Positions 38,737-51,359 of a stretch of DNA of 64,000 bases are shown one piece after another; the stretch's first letter is position 1; every line of letters begins with the position of its first letter. The notes below the pieces were generated by a model. The model made no database searches and was not told the origin of the DNA. It was given only the letters and a program-made list of their open reading frames with translations. Source of the DNA: Octopus vulgaris (lineage: Eukaryota); assembly GCA_951406725.2 (NCBI GenBank), contig OX597820.1, positions 82,460,001 to 82,524,000 of the forward strand, written 5' to 3'. The position numbers were made by a program, and so were the translations under genes.

Positions 38737-40487
38737 TCACATGTATTTAGTATATACATACGAAGCACTGAGGATCAAAATAGAAATGTGTACGTTTATT
38801 TTTAAGATGCTTATGGATGAGTAAACTGCTCTTAATTCGAAATTTTTTTATATATATATATATATATATAAATATGTATGTGCGTGTGTGTGTGAATGTG
38901 TGTGTGTGTGTGTGTGTTTGTGTGTGTGTATGTGCATTTACAGGAAAAATGGGGTGCAGGTGTTGTTAATTAATTGAATCTTGGAAAGTACATGCGAAAA
39001 AGTGAGAGTTTAAAATGACTGCAGGTGAAGTTGGAATTCACATAAGAATCAAGACGCCTGTACTGAAAAAAATAATACGGAAAAAATATGAATCTTTTGT
39101 GATGTGCTAAACATTTCATCCACTGATAATACTCGTGCAAACTCTAATATGTATTGTTCTATGAAGATTCTTATCTAGAGGTATTGCATCTGTATAAAGT
39201 AGCAGACAATGTCATGCTATGGTACAAAGCTCAGTAAATAATGCACATTGTCTCCAAATACTAACCGTCAACTGAAATTCAAGTTATGAACAAACGCCAG
39301 CTACTCACTTTCTCCTCACTGTTTATATACGGTAATTATTTATAGTTAAGTGGCTGTAGATACAACGTTCAGTTATGCAATACGAACCGTTGGTTACAAC
39401 ATAAAAAAAAACCAGACAAGTAGTAGAGTTGTTTGAATATCAGACTAAATATCAAGAAGGATCTAAGTTCTCTTGTCGAGGTTTTAACTTTTATTCACTC
39501 TTATTGTATGAAATTAATAACCATTAGAAGTTATAAATCTTATGCAGTAAGTACTAGCCATGTACTGGTTGATTCTATCGACCTATTATTGTCTATTGTT
39601 GCAATTCTGTGGATTTTAGGGTATATGAACATTTCTGAATCTGAAAATTAAATTAAAGGAAAGGAATTGTCAGAGCTGATAGTGTAACAGAGTTTAATAA
39701 TAAACGGAAGTTTCCCAGTCATTAGGCCCATGGTTTACTCTCACTGTGCAGCATATTGGAAAAGTGTCTTTTACCACAGCCTTGGTTCGATCTAACCTTC
39801 GTAAGTGGCCGAAACTATGTAGAACCTGTAGGAAGGGCTGTACTAGTAAATCAAATGCTCAGCTCTATCAGGTGTTGTGTCATGCTGACTGGGCACGAAA
39901 TCACGTTAAGGGTACGTGTGTCCGCGGAATACTCAGCCATTTACACGTTTGTTGAAAATGTAGGTGGCGGAGTTGATTAACCAAATGGGCGCTCATCATA
40001 GAAATAGCCAAGAGAGAGCCATCATTATTTTCATAACCATCACCATCGTCGTCGTCGTTGTCGTCCTCGTCACATTTAGTTTTGTCACGTTATGTCCTCG
40101 GCTAGATTCTGTATACGCACGACTTTGTGTTTTATGTCAAATATAGAATGGAAAAAAATTAAATATTTGTCATATACTGAAATTGGTTCAATCGAATACA
40201 CCGATCACCCTTCTCCTCTTTCTGCTTACATATCTGTGGCTTTCAGTCACGAATGCAAAACCATTACGACCGAAATTTAACGGAATGTTTTTCTACACTC
40301 ATCTGTATATAGGCAACATCAGGCTGCAACATAATTGAAATGTACTAAATTTACTGAATATTTCCATCAAAAGATTCCTAACAGCAGCAATTTATATAAA
40401 AGCAATATTCGAAATGTTTTTATTGGTTTTTACTGATCATTAATATTTCTGTGAAATGTTCATTTACTCTCTCAATAAGCCTGCACG

Positions 40488-40554
<67 letters not shown>

Positions 40555-41493
40555 ATACATACATATATACAGACACGCGCACGACCTTTCTCATATAAAT
40601 ATATGCGCACAGATAAATATGCATACAAATTTCACACGCATATTAATACATATTTATAGATACACACTTAATACATATTTATATATGCATGTGTGTCCTT
40701 GTCTGTGTGTCTCATCAGGTGAGCATACATACAAAGATACTCTTAGGCATACACACACATATATATATATATATAGAAACCTTTCAATTCTCAAGATACT
40801 CTTCTTCTAAGCCCTATAACCAAACAAACGAGAAAACTTCAACAATAACAACAACAACGATGACAACAATAACAACAACAACAACAACAACAATACCGTA
40901 ACAATGACAACGACAACAGCAGTAACAGCAACAATGCAACAATTATGAAAATATAACCAAAAGCAAAAGAAAACTTATGAGGGAATTATGAAAAACATAA
41001 CAAATATGAAAAATATATTTAAGAAAATTAAAAATAATAGTGAAAACTAATGCATGATATAAAATTTACATTAGCAGAATATTTTCATTAATTAGAAATA
41101 CATTTTTCTCGGGGATTTGAATTTTCAATAGGAAATATTCGTATTCACAATAGGCAATATAGATAGATACATGCATTCCGTATCGTTGATAAGTAAAAAT
41201 GGAAAGAGGAATTTTAAAGAAAGCCCACTTAAGACTATTATTAAATAAACTATAAAATAAAATATATATCATCTTATTATAAAAATACATTGTGTTATAT
41301 TACGAAGAGAGTAACTATAATGCCTACACACACACACACATGTATGTATATATATATAATATTAATTTGCCTGTACGTCTGATAATTCGCTTACCACTTG
41401 TGATGGTATTTTAATAGTACCATCCCTATATTTATATATATATATATATACACATACACACACATTGTATGTGTGTGTATGTACATGTGTGCT

Positions 41494-41539
<46 letters not shown>

Positions 41540-41639
41540 GACATAGACGCGCACACACAAGTTGGTGGGTATTGAAGTTAATGGAAAAGTGGATATGGAT
41601 ATAGTTTTTATTAACAAAGATCTTGTACTTAATTGTAGG

Positions 41640-42154
41640 CTAATAAAGGGTTCAAATCACAAGCAACAGGCTGTCGTTGGATTTGTGACGAAGGTGGCTA
41701 CAAGCTGCTGGACATTCATTGAAGGCTAGTGAAATGAGAACAGGTTGATGCTTAAAGAACGAGAAGCCATCATTGAAGATAAACTATGCAACGAGAGACC
41801 ATTAAGTGCGACACAAATCGTCAGCGACGGGAATTGTCAGTGACACGAATCGCCAGCGATGCGGATCACCAAGAAGTGGACGAATTGATGCAATCAACAA
41901 GACACTATTTGTGAGTTTGTTTCACAACTGGATTGGGGTTACAATGCTTTACAGAAGATAGTTGAAGACTTATGGGTAACGGGAAGAGTGTAGAAAATGT
42001 GTACCTCGGATGTTGGGATCCGATTTGAACGAGAGAGCGGTAGAAGTCTGCTCTAATTTGCAGGAAGCGTTTGATGCCAAGATGATATTCTTGCAGTTTC
42101 CGATCTGGAATCAGGGAATGTAACATTGGCTTACTTTTATGATCCATGAATGAA

Positions 42155-42157
<3 letters not shown>
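41640..42157 (+). pseudogene. mariner transposase N-terminal remnant (different family from 4918-6154)
   Basis: KQQAVVGF..LLDIH*RL, VDELMQ, TICEFVSQL, KCVPRML (WVPRML-like), AYFYDP. Confidence 0.7.
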
Positions 42158-42203
<46 letters not shown>

Positions 42204-42209
42204 TATCAA

Positions 42210-42538
42210 CAATCCCTAAACTCTTAATGGCCTAACAAACATAGATGGGAAGAAGAAGAAGACGGACCCTATAGACAACGAAATATGTACAAAGAACATG
42301 AAACTTGCCCTCACCTATAAGGGAGCTAGAATTCCGGAAACAGAAATTGGAAACACAATTACACAATTTCTTTTTTAGGGAGAAAATACCACAATCACGC
42401 CCCGGATCCGACGCAATAGAAAATTTTAATGATCACAGAGAACATATAGGCTCTAAGATAATACATTTCCAAACATGAACTTCAACAAGGATGAGATGAC
42501 TCTCCTATAGAGAGGTTTCAATTATATCGCGACGCCCA

Positions 42539-42540
<2 letters not shown>
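42210..42540 (+). mobile_element. possible Penelope-like ORF N-terminal remnant
   Basis: NMNFNKDEMTLL*RGFNYIATP resembles the L.KGLNF..TP motif. Confidence 0.5.
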
Positions 42541-42588
<48 letters not shown>

Positions 42589-42704
42589 GAGAGTCGATGC
42601 TTTATTAGCGCACGCATGGCTCTGTGCTAAGAAGCTGGTTTCTCAACTATATAGTTCCGGATTCAGTCACTACATGACACCATAGGAAAGTATCTTGTTA
42701 TATC

Positions 42705-43035
42705 CCCGGACCGACCAATGTGGGTGCCCAAACTGTGGAACCTGCCCCAACCTACTTGAAGGCTCGGATTTCCTTTTCAAACAAGGACAGGGGTTCACAA
42801 TTAAAACTAGTTTCACTTGTGCCTCTGAGAACCTAATTTATGTAATAACCTGCTCGGGTTGCGGAGACAACTATATTGGACAAACGACTATGACTTTGAG
42901 AAAGAGAACCACTCTACATAAAGAGCAAATCCGTTTCTCGCAATACAGGCAAATTCCACTCAGTGAACATATAGAAAAATGTGCAGATCAAACCAAACTT
43001 CACAGTCTTCCCCTTCTACCAGTGCAAAGACACAA
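42705..43035 (+). pseudogene. Penelope-type GIY-YIG endonuclease fragment
   Basis: CGCPNCGTC...FTCASENLIYVITCSGCGDNYIGQT..LRKR..LH. Confidence 0.9.
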
Positions 43036-43072
43036 TGAGTGTTTGTATGTACACACACATACACACATATAG

Positions 43073-43588
43073 CGATATTAAATCTCTGAGAGAGAAGTAA
43101 ACTGTAGCAGCACGGAATCGTGAATTATATTTGCCATCTAAATGTGGCAGTCACATAAGGGACGATGCTACTGTTATTTATAACCTCAGGAGTTCATTTC
43201 CTCCGGCTGGCTAAGGAACACTGTTTGTGTCTGATGAGTAATTGCAAAGGGAAATCATCGTTCCTATCTTTAGCCTTACGTGATACACACAGATCCTGGT
43301 TTCTGAGTAGTAAGCCGTCATCAGTGTGTGATAACCACCAGCTAGTGATGAGAACTCATTCCAGATGCAAAATAATATATGCTTTATCCAGTGACAAACT
43401 GTCGCTGATCCCGAAAAAGAGAAGCAAGTAGTATAAATCTCTGAGCGAGAAATAAACAGTATCAGTACGGAATCGTGACGTACATTTGGCACTTAAATGT
43501 CGCGGTCCCATAGAGGACGATGCTACTGTTGTTTATAGCCCCACGACGACATCTCTGGCTGGCTAACAATACACTGTCTGTGTCTGAT
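43073..43588. mobile_element. tandem ~354-bp monomer (about 1.4 copies), retrozyme/pLTR-like, with hammerhead-like cores on both strands
   Basis: 43081-43235 repeats at about 43435-43588; + strand CTGATGA at 43231; - strand cacaca-CTGATGA...GAAA-ccagga-TC-tgtgtg at 43286-43330. Confidence 0.75.
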
Positions 43589-43596
43589 TATATATA

Positions 43597-43644
<48 letters not shown>

Positions 43645-43820
43645 GTGAGGTAGGGGTTATGAGTGTAACCCACTATGATGTATATTGTTTTATTCTGTCT
43701 TATTCTGTTGGATATGGATGTTCCTATTTAATCTAAATAATTACTTAATAAATTATATGAATTGGTATTATCTGGAAGTCGATGATTGAAAGAAATCGAT
43801 TCCTCTATTTTCATATTTTG

Positions 43821-43868
<48 letters not shown>

Positions 43869-43874
43869 CACACA

Positions 43875-44100
43875 TATATATATATATATGGGTGGGTGTG
43901 TGTTTGTGTATATGATTGTCTCCCACAACCACTTGAGAACCGGTGTTGGGTTGCTTACTTCCTTGTAAATTAGCAGTTTGGCACAAAGAGGCCGATAAAA
44001 TATCAGGATTTAATGAAAGCAAGTACTGGGGTCGATTTGTTCGACTAAACTCTTCAAGGTGTGGTCTAATAGGGCTACAGTTCAATGACTGAAACAAGTA
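43875..44100 (+). mobile_element. family-B SINE 3' half
   Basis: caaccacttgagaaccggtgttgg...ggggtcgatttgttcgactaaa...aatgactgaaacaagtaa. Confidence 0.8.
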
Positions 44101-44130
44101 ATAAATAATATATATATATATATATATATA

Positions 44131-44325
44131 TTGAAAGCTACACCAATGCCAGAACAGGACGACACTCTCAGCAATGTGATCACGCTTCAGAACCAGTTAC
44201 TGCAACAGCCTGGATTTCAAGGGCCCACAGCTTTTTAATATTCTCCCAAAGAGTCAACAGTGTAGCAAAACGGCGGTGCATCAGCATGGCCACAACTCTG
44301 AGCTGAAACTAGAGAAGAAATACAT
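44131..44325 (+). mobile_element. CR1/L2/Jockey-type LINE 3' fragment
   Basis: RFRTSYCNSLDFKGPQLFNILPK, a typical post-RT C-terminal motif. Confidence 0.6.
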
Positions 44326-44682
44326 AAATTTCAATATGAAAGACACATAGTCTTTCATAAACACGCAGAAAATGTAAACTTCTTTGAATCGTTCATTACG
44401 TTGCGTCAAAATTTTCCATGCACTATCATGACACAGTGTAAAACTGTGTAAGTGACTAGGTCGCAGATAGTATGACGAAAATTTTGACACCAAATAATAA
44501 ATGACTGTATGAAGTTAACAGCTTTCGTGTGTTTATAAATAGTTAATATGCGTCTTCCACGATGTTATTGATTTAGTTTTAGCACTCGATCTCAGTTCAG
44601 ATCATTTGCCAGACAAATACAATTCCCCAAAATACACACTAGCACACATACACACTCACACACACACACACATACACATATT

Positions 44683-44796
<114 letters not shown>

Positions 44797-45416
44797 GATA
44801 TATGTGTACGTGTATTTATGTCTATATATAATTGTGAGCGTATACCGATATATATATATATAAAGAGCGAAACAGAGACAGAGAGGGAGAAAGAGACAAA
44901 AATACATACCATATATGCGTATAAACACCTGTACAACATGAGAATGGGAGTGAGAGAAATAGGATAAAGAATGAAAAAAAGAAAGAAAGAGAGGAAGACA
45001 GCATGTGAGAGAGGAAGAATAAGAGAGAGAGAAGGACGGGAAGAGAGAGAGAGAGAGAGGGGGAGAAGGAGTCACGCTCATATAGTAAGTTAATTTCTCT
45101 TTTCTCACTGAGTTGCTCCGAGTTCTGCATTTTGAAGAGAGTCATTAATTCCTACAGGGAATTAACTGTTTTTTCTCCCTCTCTTTACTGTTACTCAACG
45201 AAAAAGCACCATCTAAAAATATTTAAGGACGCTTTATCCAGCAGTTTTATGCGATAAATCTCCACGGTATTACAATATTTAAAGAAAATACAAAAACAAC
45301 GAAAATCAAAATATTTTCCCCGGTCTAGTTTATTCTTTGAACAGAAATATAGCAGATATATAGCGTATACAACACTACTCTCGCTCTCTTCCTCCCTCTC
45401 TCACTTTCCTTCTCCC

Positions 45417-45495
<79 letters not shown>

Positions 45496-45520
45496 TAGTA
45501 TAAATATGTATGAATGTATG

Positions 45521-45570
<50 letters not shown>

Positions 45571-46739
45571 ACACACACATACGTACATACATACTTTCAT
45601 ACATAACGCACATATGCGCATACACCCATAAATAAAGCATGAAAAAATCGTATGCAAAATATAAAAGAAAAGATAGCACGTGATTGAAAATAAATATTTT
45701 TACAATATAACGGTCTTTTTATGTTACGTTAGTAACTTTTATTAGATGAGTGAGTTGTTTGAAAATACAAAATATCTGTAATATAATATCCTTAGTGAAA
45801 CGAGTAATACCATTATTAACATATATAAAAAGGTCGTTATCAAAAGCTCCTTGATGTATTTTTCTTTAAGCATGAAACCACACACAGACACATACAAACA
45901 ATTTTTTACTGGAATGTGTTTACCTTTAGTGTACCTGTGTGTATGTGTGCGTGTACATCTATTTTTATGTGGTATATGCATGTGTGTGTGTGTATATATA
46001 TATGTATATCATGTGTGAATTTTATGTAGTTATTTAAGTACAGGGTTTTTTATGGTTGTTAGTTTTATGCTGCTGTTGTTTTTGATATTCTATTCGGCCA
46101 TCTTGTTTCAAATCTATACACAGCATGATGAATAAAAGTCATGTTTATTCCATTGAAAATCCGATAATATCGCTAGCAACATAAACATTTTTTCTGATTC
46201 ATATGTGAAGAAAAAACCCAATTATTGAACAAGAAAACTGAGATAGATATTATATAAATGTAGGAGTTAGCCAACAAGCGATCTCTTCTGTGTATCGTAG
46301 TTCACAAAGTGACAGCTGGAAACAGTGAGCGGCATTCTAAAAATTCTACCTGATTCGAAACGTTAAACTTGTTTATTTAGTTAGTGGTCATCGTTATCGC
46401 ACCACAAACGGGTCAGGATCCTCTGCTCAGTGATTTGATCTCTTAAAAACAGTAGCCAAATATCCCATAAACAACACCCGACCATCTCAAAAACAAAAAC
46501 AAAACAGAGGAAGACACAGGATGATGTAGTCTCAGATATACTGAGCCTGAAAAAATTAAGATATACATTCCATCATATGATATGCTCGATCAGGACTTGC
46601 TATTTCTAATAAGTCTGAAACTCTTTCACTGTTCCAAGGAATACAGTTGATCTCACTGGGAAACTAAACATATGGCCTGATTCACCCACAGATTTATTGA
46701 TCTTTCTAGGCCAAAAAATCTGAAATCATCTACCAAGAT

Positions 46740-47060
46740 AATAATGTATGAAACGTTCTGCCCAGAAAATCCAGGATTTGAGATGTTATTCCTAAAGAAC
46801 TAAGAACATGAGATGAAGTGCACAAGCAACAAGTGATACGGGGAGGTTGTTCGAGATATAATGTAAGGTGTTATATCGAGAGAATTTGATTTGAAGTAAT
46901 TTTCTTTGAACGCCTCGAGGAATTGAATGTATGCGATGATATTTAGAAAGAGCCAATCGTAGGATGCAATCCTACGCTGCAATCCTATGATTGTAAATTT
47001 GTTTTATGAGGTAACGTTCAGTTTGATAGTGAGAAAAGAGAAGAAAGCTCGAGGGCTGAG
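46740..47060 (-). pseudogene. possible decayed Penelope RT thumb remnant
   Basis: NSLDI...LVHFISCS..RNNIS loosely resembles FLDI...YLHFSSCHP..KNSIP. Confidence 0.35.
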
Positions 47061-47233
47061 AAGTTAAATTCGACTTGATATTGTCATTATCACAAATATT
47101 TCCATTCAATATGAAAACAAAATAGAATAGAATTATGTAACAGTTTAATCTTTTGAGTGAAAATGTTGGTGCTACCTTAAAGAAATGAGAATATTGCCAC
47201 CACTTTCAAATTACAATACACACACACATTTGA

Positions 47234-47315
<82 letters not shown>

Positions 47316-47324
47316 GTACATATA

Positions 47325-47665
47325 ATTATAATTAAGAGTATCCAAAAGATACCACCATGCTAGAGATAGCAGTCAAATCTTGACTCTAAAACCACATCAA
47401 AGAATTCATACAGCACCAGGAGAAAAGATAAAGAGACAAATATAAGGTTTTTGTTCCCATGCTGGCCACTTGATATGATCGGTATTTTAGATAACGATCT
47501 TATCCTTATTTATATAAATTTATATATTTACTTCGTCATTATATTCACTGCGGTAGTATTTTGACCATATAGCACGTGGAAGTTAGACGGGCAGTTAAAC
47601 CGGTCGTGTACATACGTACATATATATGTGTGTATACGTGCGCATAGGTAAGTATTCGTATGTTG

Positions 47666-47701
<36 letters not shown>

Positions 47702-47750
47702 TACTCTGTCTCTTCAGTGGAATATACACAGGAAATACATAATTACAAAC

Positions 47751-47823
<73 letters not shown>

Positions 47824-48157
47824 TGTGTGTGTTTGTAATTATGTATTTTCTGTGTATATTCCACTGGAGAGGCAGAGTATATAGTTTGCAAATCCAGAAA
47901 TCTAGATCTAGGATTATCCATTAATTTTTTGCTAGTTTATTTGTCTCTTTGCTTTTTCTCTTGGTGCGGTATGAATTACTTGATGTGGTCTTAGAGTCAA
48001 GTTTTGATTGCTATCTCTAGCATGGTGATATCTTTTAGATAGCCTTCATTATAATTTTAATAGTTATTACCTATAAGGTTTTTATTCCCAAGCTAGCCAC
48101 TTGATATGATCGGTATTATAAATAACGATCTTATCCCTTTTTATATAAATTTATATA
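47325..48157 (+). mobile_element. Penelope pLTR-like nested inverted/direct structure with a hammerhead motif (47860-47913)
   Basis: 47325-47442 is the reverse complement of 47938-48055; 47441-47526 is repeated directly at 48072-48157; 47701-47750 is the reverse complement of 47831-47880; cca-CTGGAGA (CTGAAGA in the inverted copy)-ggcaga..tttgc..cca-GAAA-tctaga-TC. Confidence 0.82.
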
Positions 48158-48339
48158 TGTACACACACACACACATACACACACACAAACACAGACACAC
48201 ACGCAGACACACACACACACTTATATGTGTATATATAGACGCAGGCGTGGATGTGTGGTAATAAGCTTTCTTCCCAACCACATGGTCCCGGGTTCAGTCC
48301 CATTGCGTGGCATCTTGGGCGCGTGTCTTCTACATAGAA

Positions 48340-51300
48340 CTCTTACTACAGAAAACTATCTACTTCGTCACACGAATGAGGTGGAGAGCCCGCTGCTATG
48401 ACCTCAAATCTAATAATTCCAACTCTTTCAAGGAAAGGGCTTTTACGATCTAAAGTTCAACAAAAATCCCCTCCAACCTCTGCACTGGCTAACTTTGGGT
48501 AAGATTTACTACGTATGATGAACACATTAAATTCTCTAATAATACTATTCTTTCCAGAAGGACTATCCAAAATTATATCTAAAACATATCAACACATCTG
48601 TACATCTTTTCGTACAAATTGGAAATCTTTACTCCCTACCTTTAGAGACGTATACAACCTAATATCAAAGGAACTAAGCACAAATCATAAACATGCACAA
48701 ATGAATGCTCTTAAGGATTTTAACAACAAACATCCACTGTAATCTCATCGCTGATGAAAATTTACTAAATAGAACTGAACCATATACACCTAAGCCCTCC
48801 CATGTTAACCTGAAAGGCGACAAGACTAACTTCTCCAGTAAGACTTCTATTAGACTGATCTGCCCACTAAATCAGACTCGGGTCGAATTAGTAAATGCAT
48901 TTTTGACCGTATTCTACCCATAGTTAAGGCTAACGTTAAGCTTTCTCTTTGGAATTATACTGGTGACGTCATCATTTAGATCCACTCTCTTCCTGATAAA
49001 CAGTACACTAATTTCCTTCAATTTGCATCTCAAATTTTTATGTTTCAATATCATCAATTTTCTTAAATAAAACCTTTACCTCCGCTTGCAAGTACGCACC
49101 CATTTCTTGATCTGACATTGATATCATCCTGGCTGCTAGGAAAACTCCTATTCACTTTAAGGATCCGTAACTCACATAGCAATTTCTTCGACATAACCAT
49201 GGGCTCATCTAACACGGCCCAGGTTACTGAGTTAGCTAGTCTATTCCTTATTTCCCAAATTAAACAATATTTCCCTAACCGCTCTAAAGGACTCTGCAGG
49301 GATGATACACTCCTTACAGCAACTGGATTATCTCGACCGTCTTTGGAACGCACCATGAAAGCGCTGCAGAAACTTTTTAAAAACTATAACCTGAGTATCT
49401 CATTCGAAAATGATATTAAGGTAGTCAATTTCTTAGACGTTTCTCTAAACTTAAATACAAATCTATATCATCCTTCCCATAAACCCAATCAATCTTTACA
49501 ATATATCAACGTCTATCAAATCACTCCAAACTTACCCTTAATTGCAGAGTCAGGCATTTCTGTCAAAACCTCCAACTTATCGTCAAATGAAGAACTTTTT
49601 AACAGTTATGCCCCATATTATAATTAGGCTCTCCGGAGAAGTAGCTTCCGTGAAAACATTCTTATATCTTCAATACCAAATTCTTAAAACTAAAATTACA
49701 TATCTCTTTCCTGATACTAATTCCGAATCTACAAACTTTTCTTCCACTCAAAATTGGTCCATCAGCTCTCAAAAAAACATCTATACATCGAACTCGACAG
49801 CCCCACTGGTCACCACCTCGAACGTATAACAACTATAAACCTCCCTGTTTGGATCCACTCACTATAACCACACACTCTAAACATTCTAAGGGCAGGAATC
49901 GGGAGATCCTATGGTTCGCGCCCCTTTTCTCCCTCCAAGTTAAACTTCTACCTAAACTTTTCTTTAAAATCTTAATCTCTAACTTCCCACCACAGCATAA
50001 ACACTATCCTATCTTTAATAGATCATCAGTTCAAATCTCCAACTCTACTACACCAAATTTGGAATCCATTATTGCCTCCTCTTCTAACAGACGCAAACAT
50101 CAGTCCTTGGAACCTGCAATTTCTCACACTGTACTCCAAATCAACCCACCAAGTGGCAATAAATAATATCAGACTAAATACTAACAGACTCAGGGCATCT
50201 TCCCACAACTCTGCCCATGTGACCACATATACTAGCAGTGATACCCCTCCCAATCCAATACGGATACAAATTGTACTTCAGGTTCTTCTTCATTAATAAC
50301 GGACTACTGGAATTTGACCTCCCTAGTGGTAAATTTCAACCGCAGAGCAGCTAGGAAAACTTGCTATTGTCGGGTTTCTCAACTTTGCCCCCTTGGAGGT
50401 TTCTGTGTGCGTGAAAATGTAGTCTACAAGTGTCGTGTTATAACACCATGCTCCCACCAAGTAAGAGTCTATATCACCAGCACTGTTGACTTCAAGCGTC
50501 GCTACGGTGAACACATAAACACTTTCTCTAATCCAAATTCTAAATTATCTCCCTCCTTAGCAACTTACATACTCAACCTCAAACCTCAAAAAGTTTCCTA
50601 TACCCTATCTTGGTCCATCATAAGTGACCCCCCCACACAACACAAACATCGGTATATGCAAATTATGCTTAAGAGAATCGTTAACCATCCTTCGCCACCA
50701 CAACTCCTCATTATTAAATAGATTCTCAGATGTAATACTATGATATCTTGTAAACACAGGTTTACTCATCACTTGCACATTTTATTAAATCTATGTAATC
50801 CCATAACTATAAGTATCCTTAAAATTAACCTTGAGATATGAAAAGGTCAGCCAAGCAACTTACCACCTCAACTAATATCACCCTTCTTATTAAACTATTC
50901 TTTCTCATTGTTACCTTTGCATATTCCTGTAACCAATACTTCCCGCCTCCCACAAGCGGTCTTCTCACATTTCTCCTCTCAATCAAAAGCAATTAATACT
51001 AACCCACTTATTTTGGATACTAACCTGTCAACCACTTCTCCTCTTCATTCACTTCCCTCTATTTAATTTCCTGCACCTCTGCATATCTTAGTAATCTCCT
51101 TCAATACCTACCTACATTCATTATCCCACTCACCACTGCTATCTGTCCACTCTGTCCACCTCCTATATCTTCCCTCATAACTATTTACATACCTTAGTAA
51201 TCTCCCTCTGTCACTAAACTAGACACTTTACATCCCTCAAATAATTACCATTTTTTTTCTCATTGTCTCAATCAATATTTCTATCACTCTCATTCCTAAA

Positions 51301-51350
51301 CTCAACACAATAGACTACCATTCAAATATTATCTACTTCACCCTCCTATT
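48340..51350 (+). mobile_element. Penelope-like element, most of the ORF (RT + GIY-YIG) with frameshifts and a C/T-rich 3' region
   Basis: LKGDKTNF..SIRLICP, FFDITMGSSNTAQVTEL, GLCRDD, VNFLDVSLNL, REILWFAP.FS, CYCRVSQLCPLGGFCVRENVVYKC..VYI...DFKRRYGEH, WSII, CKLCLRE. Confidence 0.92.
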
Positions 51351-51359
51351 AATCTTACC

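Noticed and set aside
41816-41866. Three ~16-bp imperfect repeats (aatcgtcagcgacg-like)
   Set aside because: A short minisatellite within a mariner remnant; no spacers, so not CRISPR-like.
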